A DNA stretch of 64,000 nt. Source: Candidatus Enterousia sp. Lineage in GTDB: Bacteria > Pseudomonadota > Alphaproteobacteria > Rs-D84. This document shows positions 27,727 to 35,662 of this stretch, piece after piece. Positions within the stretch are counted from its first letter, which is position 1. Each line of letters opens with the position of its first letter. The notes under the pieces were generated by a model. That model had not been told where the DNA came from. It saw nothing but the letters and a program-made list of their open reading frames with translations, and did not search any database. Made by a program: the position numbers and the translations under genes. The stretch spans positions 79,683 to 143,682 of the forward strand of contig JAZQCF010000001.1 in assembly GCA_045546075.1 (NCBI GenBank), read 5' to 3'.

Positions 27727-28547
27727 TTGTATATGTTTTTATCAGAGTTAAATTTTAATACCATAACACGTGATAATTCGTTTGGCGTTATAACATCTAC
27801 GTCTGTATCGTTTTTCATTTTTCCAACAAAAATATCGGGCGGTAAAACACCACTGATACCACTGGTAACCAATTTCACGCCGGCCGAAGGTTGAAATTTA
27901 TGGTCACTGAAAAAACCTATTGTCGGTGTATTTGAACCGTTTCCGGCCAAGAAACCATAAACCTCGGATCCGGCGATGCGCACCGCAATATTTGTGTTTG
28001 AATCAATCAAAGACCGGACGCGTGCGAAATTTGCACCGGCATCTATTACTATTCCGGCCAATGTATTATCAAAAGACACAACAACCATACCCGGCCCAAC
28101 CCCATCACGCGAACCGCGGTTTATCAAAAACGTTCCATGGTGCAGTGCCGAATTATCAAACACAACATCTGCAATAATACTGGCATACGGTTCATCACGA
28201 ACAATATCCAATTCACGTTGTAATTCCTGGTTTTCCAACAATGCAATATCGCATTTATTTTTATCGGTTAATGCCATATCTAGCCGTGCGCGTAATTCTT
28301 CGTTTTCCTGTTCCAGGTTTGATATTTTATGAACTTTTTTAATGATGTTTCCGCCCGCCCTTACCGGCCATGTTACCAAATCCCCAACCCCATTTGCAAT
28401 CGGCATCAGTATATGTGCAACCCCGTTCATAATGCGATAATCCGGCTTTGCGACCACAATATATATGAATATAAACGGCAAAATTGCCGCAACAATCGCG
28501 GATTTTATAATTGTGTGCAATCTGGAAGATACTTTTTTCGGGTTCAT
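27723..28547 (-). CDS. mreC: Rod shape-determining protein MreC
   Basis: N-terminal TM helix, coiled coil (NLEQENEELRARL), then beta-rich domains. 274 aa, in the expected position. Confidence 0.85.
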   Translation of the reverse strand: MNPKKVSSRLHTIIKSAIVAAILPFIFIYIVVAKPDYRIMNGVAHILMPIANGVGDLVTWPVRAGGNIIKKVHKISNLEQENEELRARLDMALTDKNKCDIALLENQELQRELDIVRDEPYASIIADVVFDNSALHHGTFLINRGSRDGVGPGMVVVSFDNTLAGIVIDAGANFARVRSLIDSNTNIAVRIAGSEVYGFLAGNGSNTPTIGFFSDHKFQPSAGVKLVTSGISGVLPPDIFVGKMKNDTDVDVITPNELSRVMVLKFNSDKNIYK

Positions 28548-28697
28548 TTGGAACTCAGTTTAACCAGAAAAAAACGATTATTCAATAAAATTCAATAAAA
28601 ACTTGATTTTTCATTTATTTGTGTCAAAATGGCGAACGTGAAACGCCTGAAATGGCAAAGGCATTGCCATCAAGGTATATAAAACAAGAGGTTAAAA

Positions 28698-28901
28698 ATG
28701 CCAAAATTAAAAACTAAGTCATACTTGAAAAAGCGTGCAAGAGTGACCGCGACCGGTAAAATCAACGTTCGCAGAAACGCCCACAAGAAACTGTTGCGTA
28801 AAAAATCCGCGCGTGCAAATAACGCCGGTTCAAAACCGCAATATTTGAATGAAAACATGGTTGGTCAGGCTAAAATCCTGGCACCGTATGGTTTGAAATA
28901 A
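28698..28901 (+). CDS. rpmI: 50S ribosomal protein L35
   Basis: [22 protein letters not shown]..., 67 aa, upstream of rplT. Confidence 0.95.
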   Translation: MPKLKTKSYLKKRARVTATGKINVRRNAHKKLLRKKSARANNAGSKPQYLNENMVGQAKILAPYGLK

Positions 28902-28914
28902 AAGGGGGCGTATT

Positions 28915-29280
28915 ATGGCAAGGGTAAAACGTGGAACAACGGTTCGTCAAAAACACAATAAAATTCTGGAACGGGCCAAGGGTTATCTTGGTCGCCACAG
29001 CAGCACATATCGTGCCGCACGTGAAAAATCTGAAAAGGCGGGTCAGTATGCATATCGTGACCGCCGGACCAAAAAACGTGATTTTCGGTCTTTGTGGATT
29101 GTTCGTATCAATGCGGCGGTGCGCCCATCTGGGATTACATACAGCCAGTTTATGAACGGTCTGCGCAAGGCGGGCATCGAACTGGACCGCAAGGTTTTGG
29201 CGGAAATGGCATATGCGGGCGATAAAAACTTCGCCACGTTGATTGACACCGCAAAACGATTTATCAAGGGTGAAAAATAA
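28915..29280 (+). CDS. rplT: 50S ribosomal protein L20
   Basis: [18 protein letters not shown]...YAYRDRR..KRDFR.LWI.RINAA, 121 aa. Confidence 0.97.
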   Translation: MARVKRGTTVRQKHNKILERAKGYLGRHSSTYRAAREKSEKAGQYAYRDRRTKKRDFRSLWIVRINAAVRPSGITYSQFMNGLRKAGIELDRKVLAEMAYAGDKNFATLIDTAKRFIKGEK

Positions 29281-29359
29281 ACCCTTGGCGGCAAGTTGTT
29301 TTTTGTTTATGATTATGGGGCCGCGTATGCGACCCCATATTTATTAAAAAGGTAATGTT

Positions 29360-30310
29360 ATGTTAAAACAGCAAATTGAACAAACAAAATCGTTAAATGA
29401 ATTACAGGAACTGTATACATCCGTGTTCGGTAAAAATGGTACAATGACCGTGCGATTGAAAGAGATGAAAAACCTGGATAATAATGCACGTGCAGAATTA
29501 AATCGCGAAAATGCGGAACTGCGCGAATTATTCAAAAATCGCCAGGCCGAATTGGAAAACGCGGCATTAAATGCGGCATTGGAAAATGAAAAATTAGATA
29601 TGTCGTTAAATGCGGAACCCGAAAATCGCGGGACAATTCATCCATTGACACAAAGTCTGCACGAAATATCAAAAATATTGGAATCATTTGGTTACACGCG
29701 TCATACCGGTCCGGAAATAGAAGACGATTGGCATAACTTTACCGCACTGAATACCCCGGCCTATCATCCGGCGCGTGATATGCAGGATACTTTCTTTTTG
29801 CCAAATGGAAACGTTATGCGCACGCAAACATCGGCGGTCCAGATTCGTGCGATGGAATCCGGTGGCGTGCCGATTAAAATGTTTGCCGTTGGTTCAACAT
29901 ATCGCAAAGAAATGGATGCAACACACGGGCCTATGTTCGGGCAAATAGAAGGTTTGTATATAGATAAAAATGTAACACTGGCCGATTTGATTGGCGATAT
30001 ACGCGCGTTTTTTAAGCGGTTCTTTGAATTGGATAACGTTGAATTGCGTATTCGTCCATCGTACTTTCCATTCACCGACCCATCTATCGAGGTTGATATG
30101 AAATGGAACGGCGACAGATGGTTGGAAATGATGGGTGCGGGTATGGTCCATCCAAATGTTTTGCGTAATTGCGGTGTTGACCCAAATGAATATCAGGGCT
30201 TTGCATTTGGTTTTGGCTGGGACAGACTTGCAATGTTAAAATATAACCTGCCGGATTTGCGTGATTTATATGGCAATGATGTTCGGTGGTTAAAATCGTG
30301 TGGCTTTTAA
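29360..30310 (+). CDS. pheS: Phenylalanine--tRNA ligase alpha subunit
   Basis: Class II core motifs (HPARDMQDTFF, FPFTDPSIEVD, GFAFGFGWDRLAM), 316 aa. Confidence 0.95.
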   Translation: MLKQQIEQTKSLNELQELYTSVFGKNGTMTVRLKEMKNLDNNARAELNRENAELRELFKNRQAELENAALNAALENEKLDMSLNAEPENRGTIHPLTQSLHEISKILESFGYTRHTGPEIEDDWHNFTALNTPAYHPARDMQDTFFLPNGNVMRTQTSAVQIRAMESGGVPIKMFAVGSTYRKEMDATHGPMFGQIEGLYIDKNVTLADLIGDIRAFFKRFFELDNVELRIRPSYFPFTDPSIEVDMKWNGDRWLEMMGAGMVHPNVLRNCGVDPNEYQGFAFGFGWDRLAMLKYNLPDLRDLYGNDVRWLKSCGF

Positions 30311-30325
30311 TACGGGGGTGTTGAT

Positions 30326-32632
30326 ATGAAATGGACATTTGATTGGTTGCGTGATTATTTGAAAACGGATTTATCCGCAGAACAAATTGCAGATACGCTT
30401 ACGCGGACCGGGCTTGAGGTTGAAGAATTGACCGTGCCGGTGCCACCGATTGCGGCAAAAATTGTGGAATGTAAACCCCACGAAAACAGTGACCATTTGC
30501 ACGTACTGATGGTTGACGATGGGTCCAAAGATTTGCGCCAGGTTGTATGTGGTGCACCCAATGCGCGCGTGGGTTTAATATCTGCGTTGGCGGTGCCGGG
30601 TTGCGTTATCGAAGGACATAAAATTGAAAGTGGAAAACTGCGTGGTGTTATTTCTAACGGTATGATGTGCAGTGGACGCGAATTGGGGATAAACGATGAC
30701 CACAGTGGTATTATTGAATTACCGGAAAACACAAAAATTGGCGCGCCAGTTATTGATTGTCCCACCGTATTTGATGCGGGTATTACGCCAAACCGTCCGG
30801 ACTATTTGGCGGTGCGCGGTGTTGCGCGTGACCTGGCCGCGGCCGGTGCGGGTGAATTTATTGCGGTGGCGGATGAAAAATTTGCGGTTTCCGGCAATGC
30901 GCGCGGTGTGAAAATCAAGACCGATAAGTGCCGCGCATATAAATTGGCAGAAATTCACAATATTAATGTTGGTCCGTCAAATACAAAAATTGCAAATCGT
31001 TTGCGTGCGATTGGCATAAATCCCAAGAACGCACCAATCGATGCAACAAATTATATTTGCTTTGATATGGCACAGCCTATGCATTGCTTTGATGCCGATG
31101 AAATCAATGGTGATATAACGGTGCGTATGGCAACCGATGGCGAAGAATTTACCGACCTGTTTGGAAACAAACACGAATTGATATCAACCGATATGGTTAT
31201 TGCGGATGATAATGGAATTCTGGCATTGGCGGGTGTGATTGGTGGTGCACGTGGTATGACCGGCGACAAAACAAAAAACATTATTTTGGAAAGCGCATAT
31301 TTTGACCCGGTATGCGTTCGCAAAACATCCAAACGTCTTGGTATATCAACCGATGCATCTTATCGTTATGAACGTGGCATAGATCCAACAATAACCGGTC
31401 CGGCGTTAATGTGCGCGGTAAAAATTATAACCGACGCGTGCGGTGGAAAAATTATCGGCTTTTCGGCATCTGGTGATGATTCGCCGATAAACCCGGTAAT
31501 TAAATATTCACCGGACGCGTTTGCCAAGCGGACGGGCCTTGAAATGTCCACCGATGATATGCGCGATATTTTGACGCGTTTGGGTTACACCGGCAAATTT
31601 ACCGGTAAAGTGTGGGAAATAACCGCACCATCTGCGCGTGTTGATGTCGCGATACCGGAAACGGTTGTTGCAGATTTAATTCGTATATATGGATACGACA
31701 AAATCGCCCAAAACGATACGCATACAACGGGTGATGCGCGTTACAGTGATGAATTTGATTTGATAATCAAGAAATCTTTGGCGGCGCGTGGTCTTAACGA
31801 ATGTCGTTCCTATGGTTTTGGTAATTCACAGGTTGAAGAATTGTTATCAAACAAACCGATTGTTCGCGTGGCAAATCCAATTATTGCCGATTTTGATACG
31901 GCGCGGAATAGTTTGCTTGGAATATTGCTGAACGCGGTTGCAAATAATGAAAAACGCGGCTATCCGGATTTGAATCTGTTTGAGGTGGGAACCGTGTTTG
32001 ATGGCGATATGCCGAACGAGCAACATACATCAATTTGTATTGTTCGTACCGGCGCAACGGCCCCAAAACATTGGCAAAAACGCAATAGGCCCGTTGATGT
32101 ATATGACGTCAAGGCCGACATAGTTTCCCTGTTAAATGGGCAAAACTTTACAATAGATACGGAAAATCCGCCACTTTGGGCGCACCCATATCGTTATGGT
32201 AAAATTGTCCAGGGTAAAAAGGTTTTGGCGGAATTCGGCGAATTGCATCCATCGGTTGCGAAAAAATTAAAGATAAAAACAAATGTATGTGTTGGAATTA
32301 TTGAAGACATAGAAAACCTGCCGCACAGGGTTTTACCACACGGCCCGATTGTGATGAGTGAATTCCAACCAATAACACGTGACTTTGCGTTTGTTGTACC
32401 AAATGATTTTCCGGCGGAAAAATTAGTTGCGGCGGCGCGCTATGCCACAAACCCGATATCAAGCGCGGTTGTATTTGATTCGTTTGAAATGCCAGATGGA
32501 AATAAATCTGTCGCGTTTACTATTACTTTCACACCAACCGAAAAAATGACCGAACAAGACCTGGCAAAAATGCACGCCGATATAATCGCGGCGGTGGAGA
32601 AAAAGTGTCCCGCCCATGTGCGTGATAAATAA
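30326..32632 (+). CDS. pheT: Phenylalanine--tRNA ligase beta subunit
   Basis: N-terminal tRNA-binding domain, then B3/4, B5 and a C-terminal FDX-ACB-like region. 768 aa, directly after pheS. Confidence 0.95.
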   Translation: MKWTFDWLRDYLKTDLSAEQIADTLTRTGLEVEELTVPVPPIAAKIVECKPHENSDHLHVLMVDDGSKDLRQVVCGAPNARVGLISALAVPGCVIEGHKIESGKLRGVISNGMMCSGRELGINDDHSGIIELPENTKIGAPVIDCPTVFDAGITPNRPDYLAVRGVARDLAAAGAGEFIAVADEKFAVSGNARGVKIKTDKCRAYKLAEIHNINVGPSNTKIANRLRAIGINPKNAPIDATNYICFDMAQPMHCFDADEINGDITVRMATDGEEFTDLFGNKHELISTDMVIADDNGILALAGVIGGARGMTGDKTKNIILESAYFDPVCVRKTSKRLGISTDASYRYERGIDPTITGPALMCAVKIITDACGGKIIGFSASGDDSPINPVIKYSPDAFAKRTGLEMSTDDMRDILTRLGYTGKFTGKVWEITAPSARVDVAIPETVVADLIRIYGYDKIAQNDTHTTGDARYSDEFDLIIKKSLAARGLNECRSYGFGNSQVEELLSNKPIVRVANPIIADFDTARNSLLGILLNAVANNEKRGYPDLNLFEVGTVFDGDMPNEQHTSICIVRTGATAPKHWQKRNRPVDVYDVKADIVSLLNGQNFTIDTENPPLWAHPYRYGKIVQGKKVLAEFGELHPSVAKKLKIKTNVCVGIIEDIENLPHRVLPHGPIVMSEFQPITRDFAFVVPNDFPAEKLVAAARYATNPISSAVVFDSFEMPDGNKSVAFTITFTPTEKMTEQDLAKMHADIIAAVEKKCPAHVRDK

Positions 32633-32663
32633 TACCGGTGTTTTTGAACGGTTTTATCATTTC

Positions 32664-32685
32664 GGCCGGCATTGCCGGCCTTTTT
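32664..32685 (+). terminator. Intrinsic terminator after pheT
   Basis: GGCCGGC-ATT-GCCGGCC followed by TTTTT. Confidence 0.75.
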
Positions 32686-32801
32686 AATATTTTTTTACAA
32701 AAAAGCCGGGAAAAACATGTTTTATTTTTGTGAAATATTTTTTTGTTGAAATTGATATACAAAATGAAAAAATAAATGAAATTTAATAAAAGGATTACAA
32801 T

Positions 32802-34163
32802 ATGACCGATATTATAAATGTAAAACAAATTGCCGAAACAAATGTTGAACCAACAATTCTGGCATCGCATGCGGCGCGTACATGCTATGCGGCAAATGTT
32901 CCGGAATTGGGCGAAAAAATTGATGTTGAAAACCGTCTGTTTAAAACGGGGCATCACACAACATTGGAACATAATTATTTTACATTTAATATCGATGGTA
33001 TCCCGGTGTCCAGTATGGTATTTGGATTGCACCTGACCGCACCTTTTTATAATACCGACCAACGTTCGGGCCGTTTTTCAAAAATGTATGATAATCCAGA
33101 TATGGCGGAAATAAAAAATATGTTGGAAACATATTATCCAGATACTACACCAAACACTGTTAACAAAGTAAGTGATTTTATTGAACATGGTTTGGATATA
33201 TATGCAAAAAATAAAAATCGCGTAACGGAAATTGCGCGTGATGCGATAAAACGCGAACGTCCATATGCAAGCGATAAATATATTGAACAAAATGCACCAA
33301 AATTTGCCCAGGAACAATTACGTATGTTTGTGTCTATGATTGCACCAACGGCGTTGGATTATACTATCGATTTGCCAACACTGTGCGCATTGTACCGGAC
33401 GGCATGGACACCGTTTATGCGTGATGCGGTAAACAAAATGGTCAATATTGTAAAAACGAATCATCCGGATATTTCATATATGTTTGATTCAAACACATCG
33501 AATTCATATTGGGCACCAAAATTTGCAGATTACTATGCGGGAATAAAAACACGTCCAGAATTCAAATTGTTGGGCCATTATTACGATGATAAAAAATTTG
33601 AAATCGACAATTCGCAAGATACGGTCGATACAATGCAATTCCGTCCGGATTCAATGAATAATTCAATGATGTATGTGCACAGTAAAATTCATATTGATGC
33701 CGGTGCAACAATGGGCCAAGACCAACGTCACCGTACCATTAAACGTTCTGCACCACAATTTACCGGATATTTCTATTTGCCACCATTATTGGCGGCGGCG
33801 GGATTGGAACGCGATGCTGATAAATTTATGAAGCAATTTTATGGTATTAATATTTGTGATAATATGCGTATGTCGGTTGCACCATACGGTGCGATGGTTG
33901 AATATGAAAAACGTGCAGACCTGAACGCCATTGTTCATGAACAGGCAAAACGCACATGTTGGTGCGCACAAGAGGCGATATATCATATCTCTTGCGATTT
34001 GCGCCGTGATTTGGGGCAATACATTGGAATAAATGCGAAACTTATGAAATATTTGACCCCGCCGTGTTTATCGCACGGTAAGTGTCCGGAGGGTCCGCGC
34101 TATTGTGGTCGCGACATTATTAATGATAAATTCAACGGATATTTCAAACAAAGACAAATATAA
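32802..34163 (+). CDS. Long ThyX-like (flavin-dependent thymidylate synthase family) protein with two ThyX-like half-repeats
   Basis: HHTTLEHNYFTFNIDGIPVSSMVFGLHLTAPFYNTDQRSGRFSK aligns with T. maritima ThyX [41 protein letters not shown], but RHR is replaced by LHL (aa 76-78). A second segment, QDQRHRTIKRSAPQFTGYF ... CWCAQEAI (aa 307-393), carries an RHR. The protein is 453 aa versus ~220-300 aa for a usual ThyX. Confidence 0.5.
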   Translation: MTDIINVKQIAETNVEPTILASHAARTCYAANVPELGEKIDVENRLFKTGHHTTLEHNYFTFNIDGIPVSSMVFGLHLTAPFYNTDQRSGRFSKMYDNPDMAEIKNMLETYYPDTTPNTVNKVSDFIEHGLDIYAKNKNRVTEIARDAIKRERPYASDKYIEQNAPKFAQEQLRMFVSMIAPTALDYTIDLPTLCALYRTAWTPFMRDAVNKMVNIVKTNHPDISYMFDSNTSNSYWAPKFADYYAGIKTRPEFKLLGHYYDDKKFEIDNSQDTVDTMQFRPDSMNNSMMYVHSKIHIDAGATMGQDQRHRTIKRSAPQFTGYFYLPPLLAAAGLERDADKFMKQFYGINICDNMRMSVAPYGAMVEYEKRADLNAIVHEQAKRTCWCAQEAIYHISCDLRRDLGQYIGINAKLMKYLTPPCLSHGKCPEGPRYCGRDIINDKFNGYFKQRQI

Positions 34164-34576
34164 TGCCAGATTCCGCCACAGATTTTCATACAAATCGCCG
34201 GGCATTTATAATAATGCCGGATACGGGCCTTACCGTTGCGCCCGCCCATTTTTCCGGCGGTCATACAGAATTTCTAATGCGGTTGCATTATCCGCGTGTG
34301 CGTTATGCGATGGATAATTTTCCGCGTGGATACTATATGAACGGGGAAATATGTGTTTATACCGGACACGATATGACCCCGGGCGCGGTTTGGGAAATAA
34401 GGGCGGAACAAATGGCCAAGGTTGTAAAAACCGTGCCCGATTTTCGTCGTATGTTTGATGCCACCGACGACACCCCGGTATATCTTGGTGTGCGTGTTGG
34501 TAAAATTGGGGATGTGTGGGAAAAAATTCGTAAAACGAACATCAAAATGCTTGAAAAAGGAAATATTGTTATGTAA
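34163..34576 (+). CDS. Hypothetical protein (137 aa), translationally coupled to the ThyX-like gene
   Basis: From the ORF track. The TAATG stop/start overlap sits at 34161-34165. I recognise no motif. Confidence 0.45.
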   Translation: MPDSATDFHTNRRAFIIMPDTGLTVAPAHFSGGHTEFLMRLHYPRVRYAMDNFPRGYYMNGEICVYTGHDMTPGAVWEIRAEQMAKVVKTVPDFRRMFDATDDTPVYLGVRVGKIGDVWEKIRKTNIKMLEKGNIVM

Positions 34577-34591
34577 AGTGTGTTTCACGAT

Positions 34592-34667
34592 GCCGGTGTA
34601 GCTCAGTTGGTAGAGCATCTCATTCGTAATGAGGGGGTCGTAAGTTCGAGTCTTATCACCGGCACCA
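34592..34667 (+). tRNA. tRNA-Thr (anticodon CGT), CCA encoded
   Basis: GCCGGTGTAGCTCAGTTGGTAGAGC, anticodon loop TTCGTAA, T-arm GTAAGTTCGAGTCTTAT, then CACCGGCACCA. Length 76 nt. Confidence 0.92.
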
Positions 34668-34702
34668 CGAAAATTTGTATATGAGAACAAGTGTAAACGC
34701 AG

Positions 34703-34729
34703 TTCGAATAACTACAAATTTGCGCGCAG
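34703..34729 (+). repeat. 27-nt repeat shared with the tRNA-fMet locus
   Basis: TTCGAATAACTACAAATTTGCGCGCAG is identical at 13383-13409 and 34703-34729. Confidence 0.9.
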
Positions 34730-34755
34730 GTATTTATACCGAGCGAAATTTTGTT

Positions 34756-34779
34756 AGCCCACGCAAAAAAGCGTGGGCT
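34756..34779 (+). terminator. Terminator-like hairpin downstream of tRNA-Thr
   Basis: AGCCCACGC-AAAAAA-GCGTGGGCT, a 9-bp stem followed by TAAAATTTTT. Confidence 0.5.
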
Positions 34780-34877
34780 TAAAATTTTTCAGTGTCGCGC
34801 CGTAGCAACATTCATATCAAGAGAAAAAATTTCACACCTGTCAGCGCAGGCGGACAGTGTCGCGCCACGTGGCGATT

Positions 34878-35435
34878 TTATCGTACTTTCTGCATCGCCA
34901 TTTTTGCTAAATAATCGGACAGTTCTGGTGAAATTGTGGCAATAGGTCTGTTTGTGCCGTGGACATCAGTTATGCTGATGTACCCTTTTCCGCGCATTCC
35001 ACCACACCAAATCGTTCCATCGGATGCAAAGTTTATTGTATAATCGCCAACACGGCAAAACTGTGGCATACGACGTTGGTGTTCTGTTTCTTCAAAAAAC
35101 ACCACAGATATCCAATCGGCAGTTTTTATTTTTTCAACAACATCACCAAGTTTTTTCGCTTCAATTTCCGAAGTTGGATAATAATCCCTTTTTGTGATAT
35201 ATCGTACAAATGCCCGGCAAGACAGTCGGTCATTATTGTGTTTTTTTACATGTTCAATAAAGTGTTTTTTATATGTTTTGAATACGGGAACCCATTTATT
35301 CAGATTATCTAAATCTGTCATATCGTCACGAAGTTTGTGTCCCGCCACAAAAATACCCGTTGCAGCCGCGACTGCATAGTCACCAAACCATGCGGCGTGT
35401 CCCAAAAAAGAATCTAATTTTTTATTATTTTTCAT
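34878..35435 (-). CDS. Hypothetical protein (185 aa)
   Basis: From the ORF track. No recognisable motif. It lies between the tRNA-Thr-linked repeats and the ileS leader. Confidence 0.5.
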   Translation of the reverse strand: MKNNKKLDSFLGHAAWFGDYAVAAATGIFVAGHKLRDDMTDLDNLNKWVPVFKTYKKHFIEHVKKHNNDRLSCRAFVRYITKRDYYPTSEIEAKKLGDVVEKIKTADWISVVFFEETEHQRRMPQFCRVGDYTINFASDGTIWCGGMRGKGYISITDVHGTNRPIATISPELSDYLAKMAMQKVR

Positions 35436-35554
35436 ATTTTACCCGTCCTTTTTTGTTTAATTTTACTATTCCATAAAAAAGGTTAGTGTCAATAATTTTA
35501 TAAAATACAATAAAATACTGGAAATTTGAAATTTTATATATTAAAGTGGTTTAT

Positions 35555-35587
35555 ATGAACAAGAAAACAATAATTATTATTATATAA
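35555..35587 (+). CDS. Candidate ileS leader peptide MNKKTIIIII (10 codons plus stop)
   Basis: ATG AAC AAG AAA ACA ATA ATT ATT ATT ATA TAA: five consecutive Ile codons directly before the stop, 76 nt upstream of the ileS ATG. Confidence 0.55.
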   Translation: MNKKTIIIII

Positions 35588-35588
35588 A

Positions 35589-35636
35589 CCGGCGGCGCGC
35601 TTTGGCGTTGGCTGGGGCGCGCATGCGCCCGTTTTT
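35589..35636 (+). promoter_or_regulatory. Candidate transcription attenuator of ileS (antiterminator/terminator alternative)
   Basis: The terminator has a GC stem (35615-35620 with 35625-35630), loop GCAT, then GTTTTT (35631-35636). GCGCGC at 35595-35600, plus 3 G:U pairs, can pair with 35614-35622 and so sequester the terminator 5' arm. Confidence 0.55.
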
Positions 35637-35662
35637 AATGATAAAAATACGGAGTAAATAAT

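Noticed and set aside
27723-28697. mreB is missing upstream of mreC, acpP after fabG, ybaB/recR after dnaX, and infC before rpmI, which might indicate deletions within the window.
   Set aside because: Gene-order scrambling is common in reduced host-associated genomes, and these genes may simply lie elsewhere. No pseudogene remnants are visible in the corresponding intergenic regions.
29281-29359. A hairpin (ATGGGGCCGCG-TAT-GCGACCCCAT) between rplT and pheS could be a pheM-like Phe leader attenuator.
   Set aside because: No Phe-rich mini-ORF with a plausible start is present; the best has only two Phe codons after a TTG. The T-run after the hairpin is weak. It may simply be an rplT terminator.
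32744-32751. Single TGTTGAAA copies occur upstream of the ThyX-like gene (32744) and inside coding regions (for example 19829, ~40065, ~42530), possibly the same regulon as the virB3 array.
   Set aside because: Isolated 8-mers occur at about the frequency expected by chance in AT-rich sequence. Only the 16877-17061 cluster is statistically striking.
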